From NCBI RefSeq assembly GCF_009914755.1, contig NC_060942.1: a stretch of DNA of 64,000 nt. One strand, written 5' to 3'. Below, piece after piece: positions 1 to 13,872 of this stretch. Origin of the DNA: the human T2T-CHM13v2.0 reference genome, Homo sapiens. The notes beneath the pieces were generated by a model. The model did not search any database and was not told where the DNA came from. It was given only the letters and a program-made list of their open reading frames with translations. Every line of letters starts with the position of its first letter. Position 1 is the stretch's first letter. A program made the position numbers and the translations under genes.

Positions 1-144
1 TCTTGCTTAGTGAATGCTCATGATTCAGCTGACTTTGATCCATGATGCCCTTGGCCAATCACTTCCCAGAAAGGATGGAGAAATAGATGTGTACTTGCCT
101 CAGAAATGTTACCCCATTCTCCAGTTTTTCACTGCAATCCATCC

Positions 145-375
145 GGTACCACACAGAGCCATACTGGTCCGTGAGGTAAAAGGAAAAATCAGTCATACTG
201 ATCCTGTCTTACTTTAAATTTTTGATATTTTATTCATCTTGGATTTTGGCATTGATTTTTGTGAAAATATTGCATTAAAACATGATTTTTGATTATTAGG
301 GTTTGGGGTGCTCCCTTAAATGTGTTTGAGGCAAGTGCATTTGTCTCACTCTCATCTCACTCTAGTCCCAGCCCT
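145..375 (-). mobile_element. Ancient non-autonomous hAT-type (Tip100-like) DNA transposon, subfamily uncertain
   Basis: Reverse complement resembles CAGGGCCGGGACTAGGGTGAGG...ATTTAAGGGGGCACC...AATGCAATATTTT...GACAGGATCAGTAT-type MITE consensus; recalled, not aligned. Confidence 0.45.
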
Positions 376-1764
376 AAATCCATTTTTCTTCATGACCAAA
401 AAAGAAATAAAGGACAGAAGGAAGGAAAGAAAGAAAAAAACAGAAAACATCCTACCCTGAATCAGCTACTAAAGTGAAGTCAGGTGCCAGTCAAGTGTTC
501 TGCAGATAAAAGATGAGAAAAGGAACAGCTATAACCCTAAGCAGAAAAGAGCCCAGCATAAATGTCTTTCATGTACATTTTTGACAAGATCGTTTCAACC
601 TAAAATCAAAAGCTTATATTTAAACACCGCAAATTGCATATCTATGAAAAATGAAGTCCCTACAGGCTAACTTTCTGCATTTTTGTTCTCTTTAAAGAAG
701 GTATTAGAGCAATTTGGGCTGTCTTCTTAAAAGATTTTTATTGTTTTGTGATAGGTAACAGGAAGCTATCAACTGAGTATGTAGCCAACAGGTCAGAAAG
801 AAAGCAATGTGGCTTGACTGCTAAGTATGTCAGTTCTGCCTTCAACTGACCAGAGTCTGAGTGAGTGTGGATGTGTGTTTTGCATCTCTCACCCCAGGCC
901 TTGTTTATCAGCTCACAGCCAAGCAACCTGAAATAGCTTTGTTTTCTAAGCACTACAGAGCTTTTCTCTTTGACTAGGAAATCTGTCGGGAGACCTGGCA
1001 GAACATTCCCCCACTCGATGACAGTGGGGATGAGCAAGTCTGCTATCCCCTTTCCAGGGAATGCATTTGGAATCAGCTTGAGAATGCTCTGGTCAGATCT
1101 CAACGTGCAGGATTGTTGAGAGAGAAAAAACTGTCTCTTCATTCCTCAGGCAAGGCAAATGCCATCACATTGCAGGCTCAGTGGGAGAGTGGAGATAATG
1201 AGGTATTTTGAAACAGCGGACATTGTCAGAAAGACAGAAATTGGGAAAAGGGCTGAGGTGGTGAGTGATTATTTCTCAAAGGAGCAATGGAACACAAAAT
1301 GGGTCTCAGTTTGGGTTAAGCAAGGGAGATGAGAAAGGGAAGCGTGTTATGAATTATTTACCACTGGTTATATTTTAGCTTTGATCCTAGTCCTAATTGT
1401 GGGGTTGTCTTGGTGTGTATGAACTGAAATAAAAACAAGTTGCCAACTTTTCTGGCTGTATATTCCCATGGACACACACATACCCCAGTGTTCCTGAAAG
1501 GTTATCTATACGCCAAGTTTAGATTCACTTATGAAGTGTATAATTCAACAGGCACTGGTAATATGATCTACCTATAAATATTTTCTACATCCTAGAATAA
1601 AGTATCTAAAATTCTATCACTAGAGATGTGTCAATTTGGGTGAATCATTGTCTTCTCATTTGGTCTTTTTATTTGTGAGTTAAAAGGGCTCAAATCTAGA
1701 GGTAGCTCTTATTAAATGTACACTGAAGTGTCTCTAAAAGGCTATATATTTAGTCTTTAAAATT

Positions 1765-1887
1765 TAGGATGACCAAACACACTGCCTGGCCCCAGACACT
1801 CTGTTTGTCTATTGTCTTATAATAATTAATAGGAATTCATTTCATTCGTGAAAGTTACATTAAATAACAAATTATATACTCACCCTA
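1765..1887 (-). mobile_element. MER94-like hAT-Blackjack MITE
   Basis: Degenerate terminal inverted repeats TAGGATGACCA...ACTCACCCTA and internal similarity to MER94. Confidence 0.6.
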
Positions 1888-2619
1888 TGAAAACCATATT
1901 TTCAATAAAATCCGTATTTTCAAACAGTCTGTTAGTTTGTTCTTCTCAGTAACAGTAGAGACTCTAGAGAAACACAAGGACCATGGGTCTTTGCCTACTA
2001 TGAAGTTCTGGAAAGGGAGGACTAACAGCACTGAAGATAAATGTATTCTATAATTTTGCTTTAGCCCTGTTCTAATCTGGAACACTTAGGCTGTCCATAT
2101 CTGGTTTCCAGCGTTTCCTTCATCGCATGTGGAATGTAATGCAGCATCTCTCGTGCTTCGTTAAAACCACTCAAACTATCAATTAAAATGAACTGAGAGA
2201 AGCACACAGCAATTAAACAACACACATGTGCGGGAGGCAGTACCCATCATCCATGAAGCAGTAACTTCTGAAGAGTATGAAAGGTCAGAATGGCCACCAT
2301 TGCTGCTAACAGGGAAAGAATTAAGAGAAGCAAATGGGAAAAACCTGGAAAGTTTTCCCACAAGGAATGGAAGCTTGCTATTGGCATTCATTCAGTGGCA
2401 TTAATTGATGAGGACTCATAGCAAACTTGATTTCCTACAGATAGAAGGAATTTTGAGCCTTAGACTAGGTCAGGTGCTTCTGTGGGATTCTTCCATAATA
2501 CTCCATACTATATTTCTCATAACCTTTGTCACACTTTCGTGTTGTTATTTTTAAATTATAGATCCTTTGGCTAGAATTTACAGACCCCATGGTCATAAAA
2601 TAATTGTCATAAAGATAGT

Positions 2620-2681
2620 AACCTGCACAATGTGCACATGTACCCTAAAACTTAAAGTATAATAAAAAAAAAAGGAGAAAA
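2620..2681 (+). mobile_element. Extremely 5'-truncated young L1 (L1PA2/3-like 3' end) with poly(A)
   Basis: AACCTGCACAATGTGCACATGTACCCTAAAACTTAAAGTATAATAAA + A-tail, flanked by TSD AAAGATAGT at 2611-2619 and 2682-2690. Confidence 0.9.
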
Positions 2682-4843
2682 AAAGATAGTCATAAAATCA
2701 TTAATATGTAGTAGGTCAGACAGGGGTCAAAGCACTTTGCATGAATTCAATAAATTCTCCCCACCAATAAGATTCCCCTCTCTTCTGATTTTAGAAAGTT
2801 GGGGCTCAAGTAATTTTCTCAGGTTACACAGATTCTAAGTGGTAGAACTAGTATTCAAATTCACATTGTTTTGAACAATATACTAGGTTGCTTGCCTTGG
2901 ATAGCAGCAATCAGGCTGTCCTATTTTTTACCGATGTTCCCCCAGTGCCTAGCACAGTGCTAATAAGGCTCAAAAATATTTACAAAATAAATGAATGTAT
3001 GAGTACTTTTTACATGCTGGCTACTATGAAGGTACTATTCTCACAGAGCTAAATAAGTCATAGCTTCTGCTTTTTGATAAACTCCCACTCCATCAAGTCC
3101 CAATGAAACAGGCAAAGCCTCATGAATAAAATAAAGACATTGAGTGGATGTTTTAAATTATTACCTCACACCACATATTTTAAATTCAACAGCATTGTTG
3201 TTAACTTTAAAATATTAGTATGATTGAGCTGGAATTTAATGTGGTGTTTTGCAAAAGTGTCATGTTAGAGGGAAATATGGGAGAATTGTAAGAAATGTAC
3301 TAGACTCAAAAGTTACTGATATTACAACACAAATGCTGAAAAAATTAATTATGCTGTTTGTTATTCCTCTTGAAGGTGCCAGCTTGTCTCTCAGGAGCAA
3401 GTAAGTGAACAGAGGGAGTTTTGGACAAGAATGTTTGGGACAGCTCGGGGTAGGAAGTGGAATAAGCCTAGATAGCTGGAAATGAATGATATACCATGAT
3501 ATGATATGCTGTGATACTTCAACACTTTAAAAATATGGTACATTTTGAGTTTTTTGAAATCTTAAGTTTTAATAAATAACTAGAAATGAGGTATAAGAAC
3601 ACTTATAAATGGAAGAAGCAATACATGAAGACATGATATCTATGTCTTTGGAGAACTTTGAAAAGGGCTGACTACATTCAATAGTAAAGAGTCGTGAGGG
3701 AGAAAATGAAAGGATGAGAATAATACTTGGCTTAAATGAATGAGAAATGAGAAGCCTCCAATTAGAGCTTGTTTGTGGGAAGGTGCTCAGTATTATGATA
3801 GATGCGTATTCTTTTATGATTAACATAAGAACTTTCCCAGTCAAAAACATGCCGAGAATTATATACTATGTCTTAAATCGTCTCTTGCTTGCCAATACTC
3901 TTTAAGATGAATTCTCAACATTTAAAGAGACCTTTCACTTCCTCCAATCTCCAGCTACATGTCAACTCCATCTCCACCACACTGACACCATGATGACTGA
4001 CGTTGGTTTTGATTTGACATTTTAGCCGTTGAAATACACAGACACACTCACTCACACTCACACACACAGAGCCTTCAACTTGAAATTTGATTGGCATCAG
4101 TCATTTCATAACCTGTCTCTTGGGGATCGGACCAATGGACCTTTTTAAAGCTTGCCTTATTGAACTGACCCTTCTGATCTTGACGCATGATTTATACTTG
4201 CTAATCTTCTTGGGAGCCTTCCTCACTCTTAACAAGCCTGTCATTTCTTTCTCTTGAAAATATTTTTCTTAAGGTGCAAGATGATTTAAAATGTTATTTT
4301 TATTCCTGTTCATGACTTTTGTGAGGAAAAAAAATCATATGAATGTATCAAAGAAGTAGCTATTCAATCTGATTAGTGAATTTTCCCAAAGGAATATAGA
4401 CATCACCATATTTGTAGATTGTATCCTAAAGGGACATGAGGATCCGATTCAACTCAACAAATATGATACCATTAAAAAAATATATTTGGAAAGGTCTTCA
4501 GAGTTTAGTACAACTTTCCAACCAATAAAAGAATCCCTATGTCTTCTCTCAGAGAGTTAGCTTCTATGTGAATACTTTTTGTTAATATAAGTTCATTTGA
4601 AAGCCAACCTTATTCAGAGTACTTCTACCTCTTGAAATTTCTTCCTTCGTTAATTCAACTTCCTTTAATTCATCTCCCTAAGTGCTAGGTATTTTTTTTT
4701 TCAGCTGGAACCACAGAAAGTAAGTCCCATCTCTCCTCTACATGATAACTCAGGGCTGGCCTAAGCTGGATGTCCACAGTTTCAAAGATGTATGTTTTTC
4801 TCTTCCTCAACCCAGAAAAATTTTCTTCCTACCCTCATTCTTT

Positions 4844-5128
4844 TTTTAATTATATATTTGAATTTAATTCTTTCTAATTGAATTTTCTTTTTTTTATTAT
4901 TATACTTTAAGTTCTAGGGTCCATGTGAACAACGTGTAGGATTGTTACATAGGTATACATGTGCCATGTTGGTTTGCTGCACGCATTAACTCGTCATTTA
5001 CATTAGGCGTTTCTCCTAATGCTATCCGTCCCCCGCCCCCACCCCACGACAGGCCCCCGGGGTGTGACGATCCCCACCCTGTGTCCAAGTGTTCTCATTG
5101 TTCAATTCCACCTATGAGTGAGAACCCG
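4844..5128 (-). mobile_element. 5'-truncated primate L1 (approx. L1PA7/8) 3'UTR with short 3' extension
   Basis: TTATTATACTTTAAGTTCTAGGG...CACCTATGAGTGAGAAC is an L1PA 3'UTR reverse complement; TSD CCCTCATTCTTT at 4832-4843 and 5129-5140. Confidence 0.9.
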
Positions 5129-6329
5129 CCCTCATTCTTTACCACCTCTTACATTCTCCATGGAGACCCAAAGATCCACCCTGTGAGAGGCTCTGTGACC
5201 ATACTTATAGGTTGTTTTAGTACCCCCAAATATGGTTCATCTCTTGCTGTCTTCTCATCTTTATTACACTCCAACATCCTCTTAATCACAGTGTGGTCTT
5301 CTTTAAATTCAGTTGGAAGATTTCTTTAAGTGGAAGCAAAATATTCCCTGAATAGAAAAGATAATTATCATTTATTGAGAAAATGTCTCAGACACTGTAC
5401 TAAATTCAAGGATGATAAAGATACAAAGATGGGAGAAATACAATATCATATCCACAAAAAATGTATACTATACTGGGGGAACAGAAACACCCTTAACATA
5501 TAAGTAAATATAGGGCAAAATGATGTGATGTATGCTATTTTTTCAAATGACTCAAGCTATACACAATCATTTAGGAAGACAATGTGATTTCTCTTCAATG
5601 GTGGGGAGGGAGGGAGGGAGGGGGAAAATATCCTCTGCCACGTGGAGTCAAATAGGGAACATAAAAAGCCACAACATGCAGTTATCAATTACCTTTTACA
5701 TAATAGTTATACCATATATACAATTTTGATATGCTAATGGCCTCCCCTTCTATGATTCTAAACATCTACTGCCCCAGGGTGTAATTTATCCCATAAAACT
5801 CTCTTAGGATATTTCTTGCATGCAATACACCCCAAATCAAAACCTATCAAAGTGCCCTAATTTCTTAGGGGGTAAAATACAATAATATACATTTTCAAAC
5901 TATCTTCATTCTTAACTGACTTTATTTCCCTACTTATGACTCTCAATATAGTACACTGAAGAAGGTTTCAATTTCAAGGGCTTCCAGTTTTGTCATCTAT
6001 CCTTTTAATCCCTGTGTGCTAAAATTTCCAAATTATTGCATCTCCCACCTCACCCACTTCTTAGGGAAGTTGCCTCCTCCTGAGAACCTGGAAAGGGCAG
6101 CTCATAACTCTAGCCCCGGGGATGAATATCCAGATCATGCTGGCAATGAAATTGTATCTTGTCAGAATTTAGACAAAAGTCAGTTGGAAGGTAGTTAGCT
6201 CTTACATTGGGAAATTGCGTTGTTAAGAAAGAGTAACCAACAAGGTAAATGGAAGGGAAGCACAGAAGGAAGTTAAGGGGAGTAGGCAGGCCATTAGTGT
6301 TGTAAGCCAGGTGAAACAAGTAACAGAAC

Positions 6330-6575
6330 GGTTTAGGGATGCAAAGGGCCTAATAGAAGCAGAGACCACGTGGCTCCACCAGTAGTTGAGCGAACAGGTT
6401 CTACTCACATCTTGCCTATTCCAATCCTTTCATCGATGCCTAAGCAAGACTTAATTTTATGAACTTTGCTAGCTGCAACAATGCCTATTAGGGCCTTTCA
6501 TTAAAGTTCTTTTCTATTTGAGCCAGTTTTAGTGGGTTTCTGTTCCTTGTAGCAAAGTCTTCCTTGACTAAGAAA
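6330..6575 (+). mobile_element. Old MaLR (MLT1-type) LTR 3' portion
   Basis: ATTAAA...TTTGAGCCAGTTTTAGTGGGTTTCTGTTCCTTGTAGC...TGACTAAGA resembles an MLT1 LTR 3' end. Confidence 0.5.
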
Positions 6576-7326
6576 CACCTGTAGGTTCTCATCACATTTC
6601 TCTTTGAGTCCAGCTTGTTTTTAACCACACTATACCAGCACAGCTTTGAAAACTTTGTACAAGACAAAAATTATGGGTAAGATTATACAAATAGTAATAT
6701 TTTAGTTTTAAATTTTTTATTCACTGCTTAAGGTTAAGTAAACAGGGAAGGAGAGTTGCATGTTATTTCTTTTGCATAACAAGGAAATGGAAGTGCTTAA
6801 ATCTAGAGATTGATGAAAAAAGAAAAAAATGAAGTTGAGAGATTTGTAAATGTTATCCCTCAAAGAAATAAAATAAGTAGGATGTTATTTGAATGTTGAC
6901 ATATGGGGTAAGATAAAGTCAGATGAGTCCTGAGCTACATAAAGAAGTCTTGTTGTGCCCTGCACCTAGCTGAAGTGATAAATAATCCAAGTAGGCAAAA
7001 AAAAAGTCTTAAACCAGTGGATTTTCTTTTCTTGTTGGCTATGCTGTTTACTTGCTGCAAGTATCCCATTGGATTGCCAAGTAGACAGTCATCATGAGCC
7101 AAAAGAGAAGGCACAAGGGAAACAAATAGGAGGAAAAAGGATTGTTTTTCACCAGAAGATATAAGCTTATTAGGGTTCCCTCATAAATTCTTCCATACTT
7201 TTATCTTTCCAAGCAAGAAGTCAGTATACTCACAAACACACATGAGGGAGAAAATTCATTCTAGTAAAAAGTAGAAAGCAATAAGTAAAAGTCAGACTCC
7301 AGGGTTGTACTCTCATTCCTCATCTG

Positions 7327-7368
7327 TAAAAAAAGAAAAAGAAAAGAAAAGAAAAAGAAAAAAGAAAA
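7327..7368 (+). repeat. (AAAAG)n simple repeat within a MIR remnant
   Basis: Direct inspection; preceded by MIR core TTCCTCATCTGTAAAA. Confidence 0.8.
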
Positions 7369-7502
7369 TGAGAAAAATACCTGCATGGCCTCTATCCATA
7401 GCTTGAAACCCACAGGTTAAATTAGACTCAAACATGAATGTGAAAGAATTCTCTAAAATTAAAATACACTTTAAGAATGTAAGATACTGTTAAATGTTAA
7501 AC

Positions 7503-7583
7503 ATGTGTGTGTATTTGTATAATATATGTATATATATGTATTTTATATATATGTATTTTATATATATATGTATACACATATAT
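7503..7583. repeat. (TA)n/(TG)n low-complexity tract
   Basis: Direct inspection. Confidence 0.85.
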
Positions 7584-8358
7584 CGCAAACCAGGAAACAA
7601 TAGGGAATAAAATATTGTAATATGCTTCTGTTATCCTCTCCCTTTCCCACTTCCTTTAAAAGTTTGAGAAGTAGTTATTAAAACTTCAGATGAATTCAAA
7701 GTTTGCTCATCCATAATGTCTTCATTGTCTCTTGGCTCTTTGAATGTCAATGAGTATATACCTCAAAATTACTCCTGTCAATTATGAAGGTCCTTATCTT
7801 AGCATTGATTTTTACATGCTCAAATCAATAGCAGGATATGGCCCAATAATTAATATTGGGAAACTAAATTGCTTTTTTCCCAGGTATTTAGCTTTAGCCA
7901 CAGAAATATTCCTCTTTTACTAACACTATGTCTTTATATTTATCTCCTTTCCTTTATGTTCTTAAGCCAAATGCTCCCAAATAACAATACTAAATATTTT
8001 TACCTCGTCAAATGGTACTTACTGCATTTTTGTAAACAAGGCTGATGCCTGAATACTTACGAACAAAGTATTGTGTATAAAAATATTTTCAATTCTTTAG
8101 CTCAGACTGTTAAATTCTTTAGTTTTCCCTATTCATTCTCTAATTAACACAAAAATGATATTGCTCAAAGAATTTTTTTTCAATAAATATTACTATATGC
8201 CCACCATTGTTTGATGTGCTAGGGAAACAAAAATGAACAAGACATTGTTCTTTCCTTTAATAACTTCATAACCTCTTATGTTGGAAAGAGACAGGCATAA
8301 TGAACACATTGTGATCTATACAATGAAAGATGTAAGTGCAGCATGCAGTGCAGGTAGC

Positions 8359-8551
8359 TAGGGGTGCAGCTGGCTCGTACTGACTTGAGAGAGCTAACTG
8401 CATTTCTCTTTCCAACCATGTTCAGTGACAATGGGATCTTGAAATTGGCTATGGTGACAATATTTACACCACAAGAACAGGCAAATGCTACAAATCAGCA
8501 CTTGTATTTCCTCTGGAGAAAACCAGTTGTTAAACATTTAACCACAAACTG
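8359..8551 (+). mobile_element. MER63A-like hAT MITE
   Basis: GCTGGCTCGTAC...TTCAGTGAC...TTGAAATTGGCTATGG...TATTTACACCAC...GGCAAATGCTACAAATCAG...CCAGTTGTTAAACATTTA; related copy at 49500. Confidence 0.7.
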
Positions 8552-9556
8552 TCCTTACCCCTTCCCGGGGTATTAAGGAAGCATAGGGGCTGAACAGGGA
8601 GACTGACCTTAAAATCCCTTTTTAAGCATGGGTACCATGGTGTGATTGAACAAAGTCTTTTATAAATTATAGTTTTGTTTATCTGTAGCAATTTAACAAT
8701 TGTGGGACAAGGTCAATTGTTTGGAAGAACAGAACTGTGTTAACTTTAATTCTTTGAACAGATGACCACGCTGGCCAAGAGGCAGTGTTAACTGACCATT
8801 AAAGTGTACGAATAAATATAGTAAGTACATATTCAACAGATAAGTTTTATCATTGAGTTAATTTCCATTACAGCATTGTCAAAAAATGACAATAATATTT
8901 TCTAGTGCTTTTAAGGCTTTACGTTATCATGAAAGTTTGAAACGTGTAGAGAATTACTGCAAAACAAACTTCAGTGATATTATTTTGTCTTTGAAGAGGC
9001 AGAGTCAGGTAGTTAAATAACAGACTGATTGTTCAAATTCAAATGAACTCCCATTAGGATAGAAAATCAAATACAGGTCAATAGATGATAAACCTCTGAG
9101 TTTGCTGTAGGTCAAAAGTCATGAGTTTCATGTGCACCCTAAGAGTAAGCCAGAATAAAAACTTCACCATGGTGATCCAATTTCCTCTCCCTAGGGAGCC
9201 ACATCCAGTGATCTTATCCATGCCACCAAGTTTTTATTATTTTTTGTATTATTACAAAATATATAGTTGGTTCAGAAAATCTGAAAAAGATAGTTCAGAA
9301 GAAATAAACAAAATAGGAGTATAAACCTGTCATCCACACATTTTCTATAACATTATAATGTACTTTCACTCATGCCTATATTTATTTCTATGCCTATGTG
9401 TGATTATGTTCCTGTAGATATAGACAACACAGTGGAGTTAAATTTGAAACAGCATTTGTATATTCTACATATCTTTCTATATTATTATACATTATAAGTT
9501 AAACAAGTTTTTATGACTCATAAATTTTTAAGTGTATCAGTCACTTGAAATTCTTT

Positions 9557-10305
9557 TTTTTTGGTACCTCTTTCTGTTTTTAAAAATTTTTTAATTTTTA
9601 TTTCCATAGGCTTTTGGGGAACAGATGGTGTTTGGTTACATGAATAAGTTATTTAGTGGTGATTTCTGAGATTTTGGTGCACCCATCACCCGAGCAGTGT
9701 ACACTGTACCCAATTTTTACTCTTTTATCCCTTACCCCACTCCCACCCATTCCCCCGAGTCCCCAAAGTCCATTGTATCATTCTTATGCCTTTGCATCTT
9801 CATAGCTTAGCTCTCACTTATGAGTGAGAGCATACGATGTTTGGTTTTCCATTCCTGAGTTACTTCACTTAGAGTAATGGTCGCCAGTTCTATCCAGGTG
9901 GCTGTAAATGCCAATATTTCATTCCTTCTTATGAGTAGTATTCCATGGCATATATATATGTGTATATACATATACATACACATACATATATGTATACACA
10001 TATATACATACATATATACATATTGTGTATAAATACATGTATACATACATATATACAATTGTGATATATATACATATGTATATACATATAAATACTTGTA
10101 TACACATATATGTATATACGTATGTATATATGTGTGTGTGTACATATATATATATCACAATTTCTTTATTTCTTTACTCGTTGATTGATGGGCATTTGGG
10201 CTGGTTCCATATTTTTGCAATTGCGAATTGTGCTGCTATAAACATGGGTGTGTAAATATGTTTTTCGCGTAATGACTTCTTTTCCTCTGGGTAGACGCCC
10301 AGTAG
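9557..10305 (-). mobile_element. 5'-truncated L1PB1-like element with internal (TA)n expansion
   Basis: TTTCCATAGG..TTTTGGGGAACAG..GGTGCACCCATCACCCGAGCAG is typical of L1PB 3'UTR; TSD AGTCAC(T/G)TGAAATTCTTT at 9539-9556 and 10306-10323. Confidence 0.85.
9949..10156. repeat. Compound (TA)n/(TACA)n/(TATG)n microsatellite
   Basis: Direct inspection; source of the Y/I/H/M-rich spurious ORFs. Confidence 0.95.
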
Positions 10306-13300
10306 AGTCACGTGAAATTCTTTGTGAATTTTCTGTTCATGTCCTTTGTTCAATTTGTTTTGAGAGGGATAAGACCTTCTTATGTAGTAGGTGTGTGAAT
10401 TATTTTGTTTATATGTTACAAATATTTCCTTAATGTGACATCCTCATAAATTTTAGAGTCACTCCTGCTACAGTGTTATTTTCCTTCAGACACTTCCCTA
10501 TTGTAAAACAAATTCATTTGTTCTCTACTACTTAAAAAAAACACCTCCTCAACTGATGAATTTTATTAATAATAATGACAACAGTGATGATTATTATGTT
10601 AACTTGTATTTCTACAATGCATAGAGTTTATAGTACATTTATAAAGTACCAGTGAGCACTTAGCAGAGTTACGTTCCCCATGTAAGTTGACATATATTAT
10701 AGGAGTATCATAAACTAAATACATTTTATTATACTTAAAAATAATTTAAAGTTATCTCTCAAAGTTAATGTCTATTATAGATGAGGCAATTGAGACACAC
10801 AAAAGCTACATGACTTGCTCAAATCCACAGAAAGTTATTGAAAATAATCTCTACTAACTCCAAACTCATAATAGTGTTATTATTTTTACCCTACCACAAG
10901 ATGGTCCATCAACTGGACCCAGTCTATATTTCTGGCATTATTTCTAGTTTCTCCCAATGAACATGTCTGATTTCTCATCAGCGTGGCTAACACTTTAACA
11001 CTGTTTTTGTTTCCAGCAACCTGAACTTGCTCAGGCTGCAACTGCTCCTCTAGCCGTGGCCTCTCACAACCTCTCCACATGCCTGTACTATTCATTTTTA
11101 CAGATGATCTCAAGTTCAACTGTTTCCATCAGATCTTCCCTTATTTCTCAGATCTGAAATAACCTAGGACTTATTTTTATTCATTTTACATAGAGTTAGG
11201 TGAGAAAATTGAAGCACATTACATATCACAGGGCTATTTTAGGCTCTGTATATGGATTGGTATAAACTTTACAGAAACACATTTTAGCTTATTTATGTTT
11301 CTCTCAACAACAAGCACAGTATTGTACATACCCCAGACACCTTGTAAATGCTCTTTGAGCAAAGATTGCCTATGCTCACTGTTACTAGATTATTATTTAG
11401 CCTCTCTATCACCTGCATAAACAGTATATTCATTATGTGAACCAGTCAATGATTGTAATACGCCAAAGATAATAAACAATAGTTTAAAATCCTTTAGTTT
11501 GTTAACTACCATTATCTTATTACCAAAGAATAGATTTAGCTATGTTTAATATTGGGATAATTTAGTTACATGATTAGCATAAATTTTGTCCATCTCTGCC
11601 CTTGCTAGAACTACCCTATGAAAGTTGATCACTGTAAGCAATTGTTTGCTCACATTTGTTTTTGTGAGTCATGGGCAAAGTATTTCCCTTAGCTGATGAT
11701 AACACATCATAACTGCCCCAGATATGTTGTTCAAAAGAAGTTATATCAGTTTAAGTTTCCACAGAGGATACACTAATCATATAAATAAATTATACATAGG
11801 TACAGGAAATTGCATTATAGCAAATTGGACAAATCGAGTTTAAGAGAAGAAAACATAATTGTGTAACTTTAGAAAGAAATAAATATTGACCAAAATGAAC
11901 ATTTTTACAAGTAATGTTATCTCTGATCAGCAACAAACATGCTTCTGGATCAATATTTGTAGTTTGATTCATTTCCTGCCATATAGAGCTTGATCGGCTC
12001 GTCAATATATCCAAAGGTTAAAAGAAAAAAAAAGAGGGTTGTTTTTAAAATAAGCTTTTCTAAAAGTTTTCTTTTTTCTTCCTTTAATAAGTTTCCTAAA
12101 TATCTACAGAATAGTGAGTGCAGTGGGAGGTGGAATCTGCTGAAAGAAAGGAATTTTCTTAAGACACGGTTAGGGACAGGAAGAGTGGCATTCTTCTCTG
12201 GGTGAGCAAGACAACAAAATATGGACTTTCTTCAAATGTCAAACCAGCTGAAAGATGGGTAGACTATCAGCAGAGAAAGAAGGCCAATTAGAAACAGTCT
12301 GTTACTGAGTAGAAGGTGAAGAAATTTTAAGTATCTTGGATTTGCACATTGCTTTCTATTTTTCAAGGTGCTCTCTTGCCCATTCAATTCAAAACTCATT
12401 TGGTATTCTGTATCAGCAATGTGATAGATGCAACTGGGGTGGAACCTGAGAGATGGCACAAAAATGTCAATGTATGTTTCTGTCTGCAAAAACCTCATAA
12501 CCTAACTAAGAAAACAGACATGTATGTATCTTATGATGTTATAGGCATGGTTGCCAAAGCACTAGGAAGAATGCAAAAGCAAAACGCAGTAGGGAAACAG
12601 AACAGAGAGACAGTCATTCTGAATGGTGAGTTCTATAAAGCCTTCCTGGAGAGCAAAACATTTCTGAGATTTTGGACAAGAAAGGCTTCCAAGATTTTGA
12701 ATCTTAGTGAAGGATATTTTGGACTAAGAGAATAACATGGGACTAAGACTGAAAAATATATGATCTCATTATAAAATTGTGAGGAGTCTGGTGAATGACT
12801 TATCCAGAGAGTATAAGGAAAAAGATAGATGGGAAGTGGCAATGAAGGATGGGCTTGTGTTTTTGAAATCTTTAAATACACTGCATTGATGGTAAGACCT
12901 TATTTTTTATGAAATGAAAAGCCAGAGAAAAAATAACCAGTGTAGAATCATCAACATCATCACAGCCCCATGAAGTATATAGATTTATTTTTGTCTACAA
13001 ATGTTAAAAGTACAGTATAGGGATGTAACAGGCCCAAGGACAGCAAAAGAATAAAAATTATATAGAAACTTCCGGGCATCTGGCTTAGTACATCTTCCAA
13101 AGGACTATAATTCCCAGTGATTTTTCCAGAATCCAGAATTTCAGTGTTGAGAAAGAATTTGATGATGAAAAGCAAACCTAATTAAGAATGAATGACTTTT
13201 AGAAGTTGCCTTCAAGCATTCAACCAGGTATCCATTAAGATCCTATCATATCCATCTGTGAACCAAGACCCAAGATTAAAATTGCTTTGTTAGCAGAGAT

Positions 13301-13872
13301 GCCTTGATCGATACAATATTTCTTTAAGAATGGGGCTCAGGGCCGACTCACTGGGATTCAAGGGAGAGGCTGATCACTATCACCATTGACATGTATGTGG
13401 TGACCTGTGGATCCCACAAGCAAAGGAATTTCTTCTCAGAACCAGGGGCAAGAATAGAAACTCACTTACAAGTCAAGCTGTAAAAAAACGTATTGATTCC
13501 TCTAAGGATACAAAACTTAACACCAGCAGATAATACAATAAAGAAAATAGAATTATATAGGAATTTAAAAAAATAGTCCCAACATATGAAGCTCATGTGG
13601 GGTGATCTCTGAGCATAGTTAGCAAACCCTAGCATCAGAGACAGTTCAGCATGTGAGCAGAGGGTAGAAGACAGACAAAGCCCTGGCAGAGAATCCCACA
13701 ACATCTGTCCTCATTAAATTGAGTATAAACATAAACCTGACTTAAGCAGCTGAAAATCTGCTTGCTGGACACGATTTTTTGAGATAATCTGTCTCTAATT
13801 GTAAGACTACTGAAAGTATCAAACCTGTTGGAGCCCAATAGTTTAGATGTGAGATAAAAAAAAAAAAACAAC

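Noticed and set aside
738-1142. 134-aa minus-strand ORF
   Set aside because: No recognisable homology or convincing exon structure
9807-10255. Tyr/Ile/His-rich ORFs
   Set aside because: Translation of a (TA)n-type microsatellite inside an L1PB
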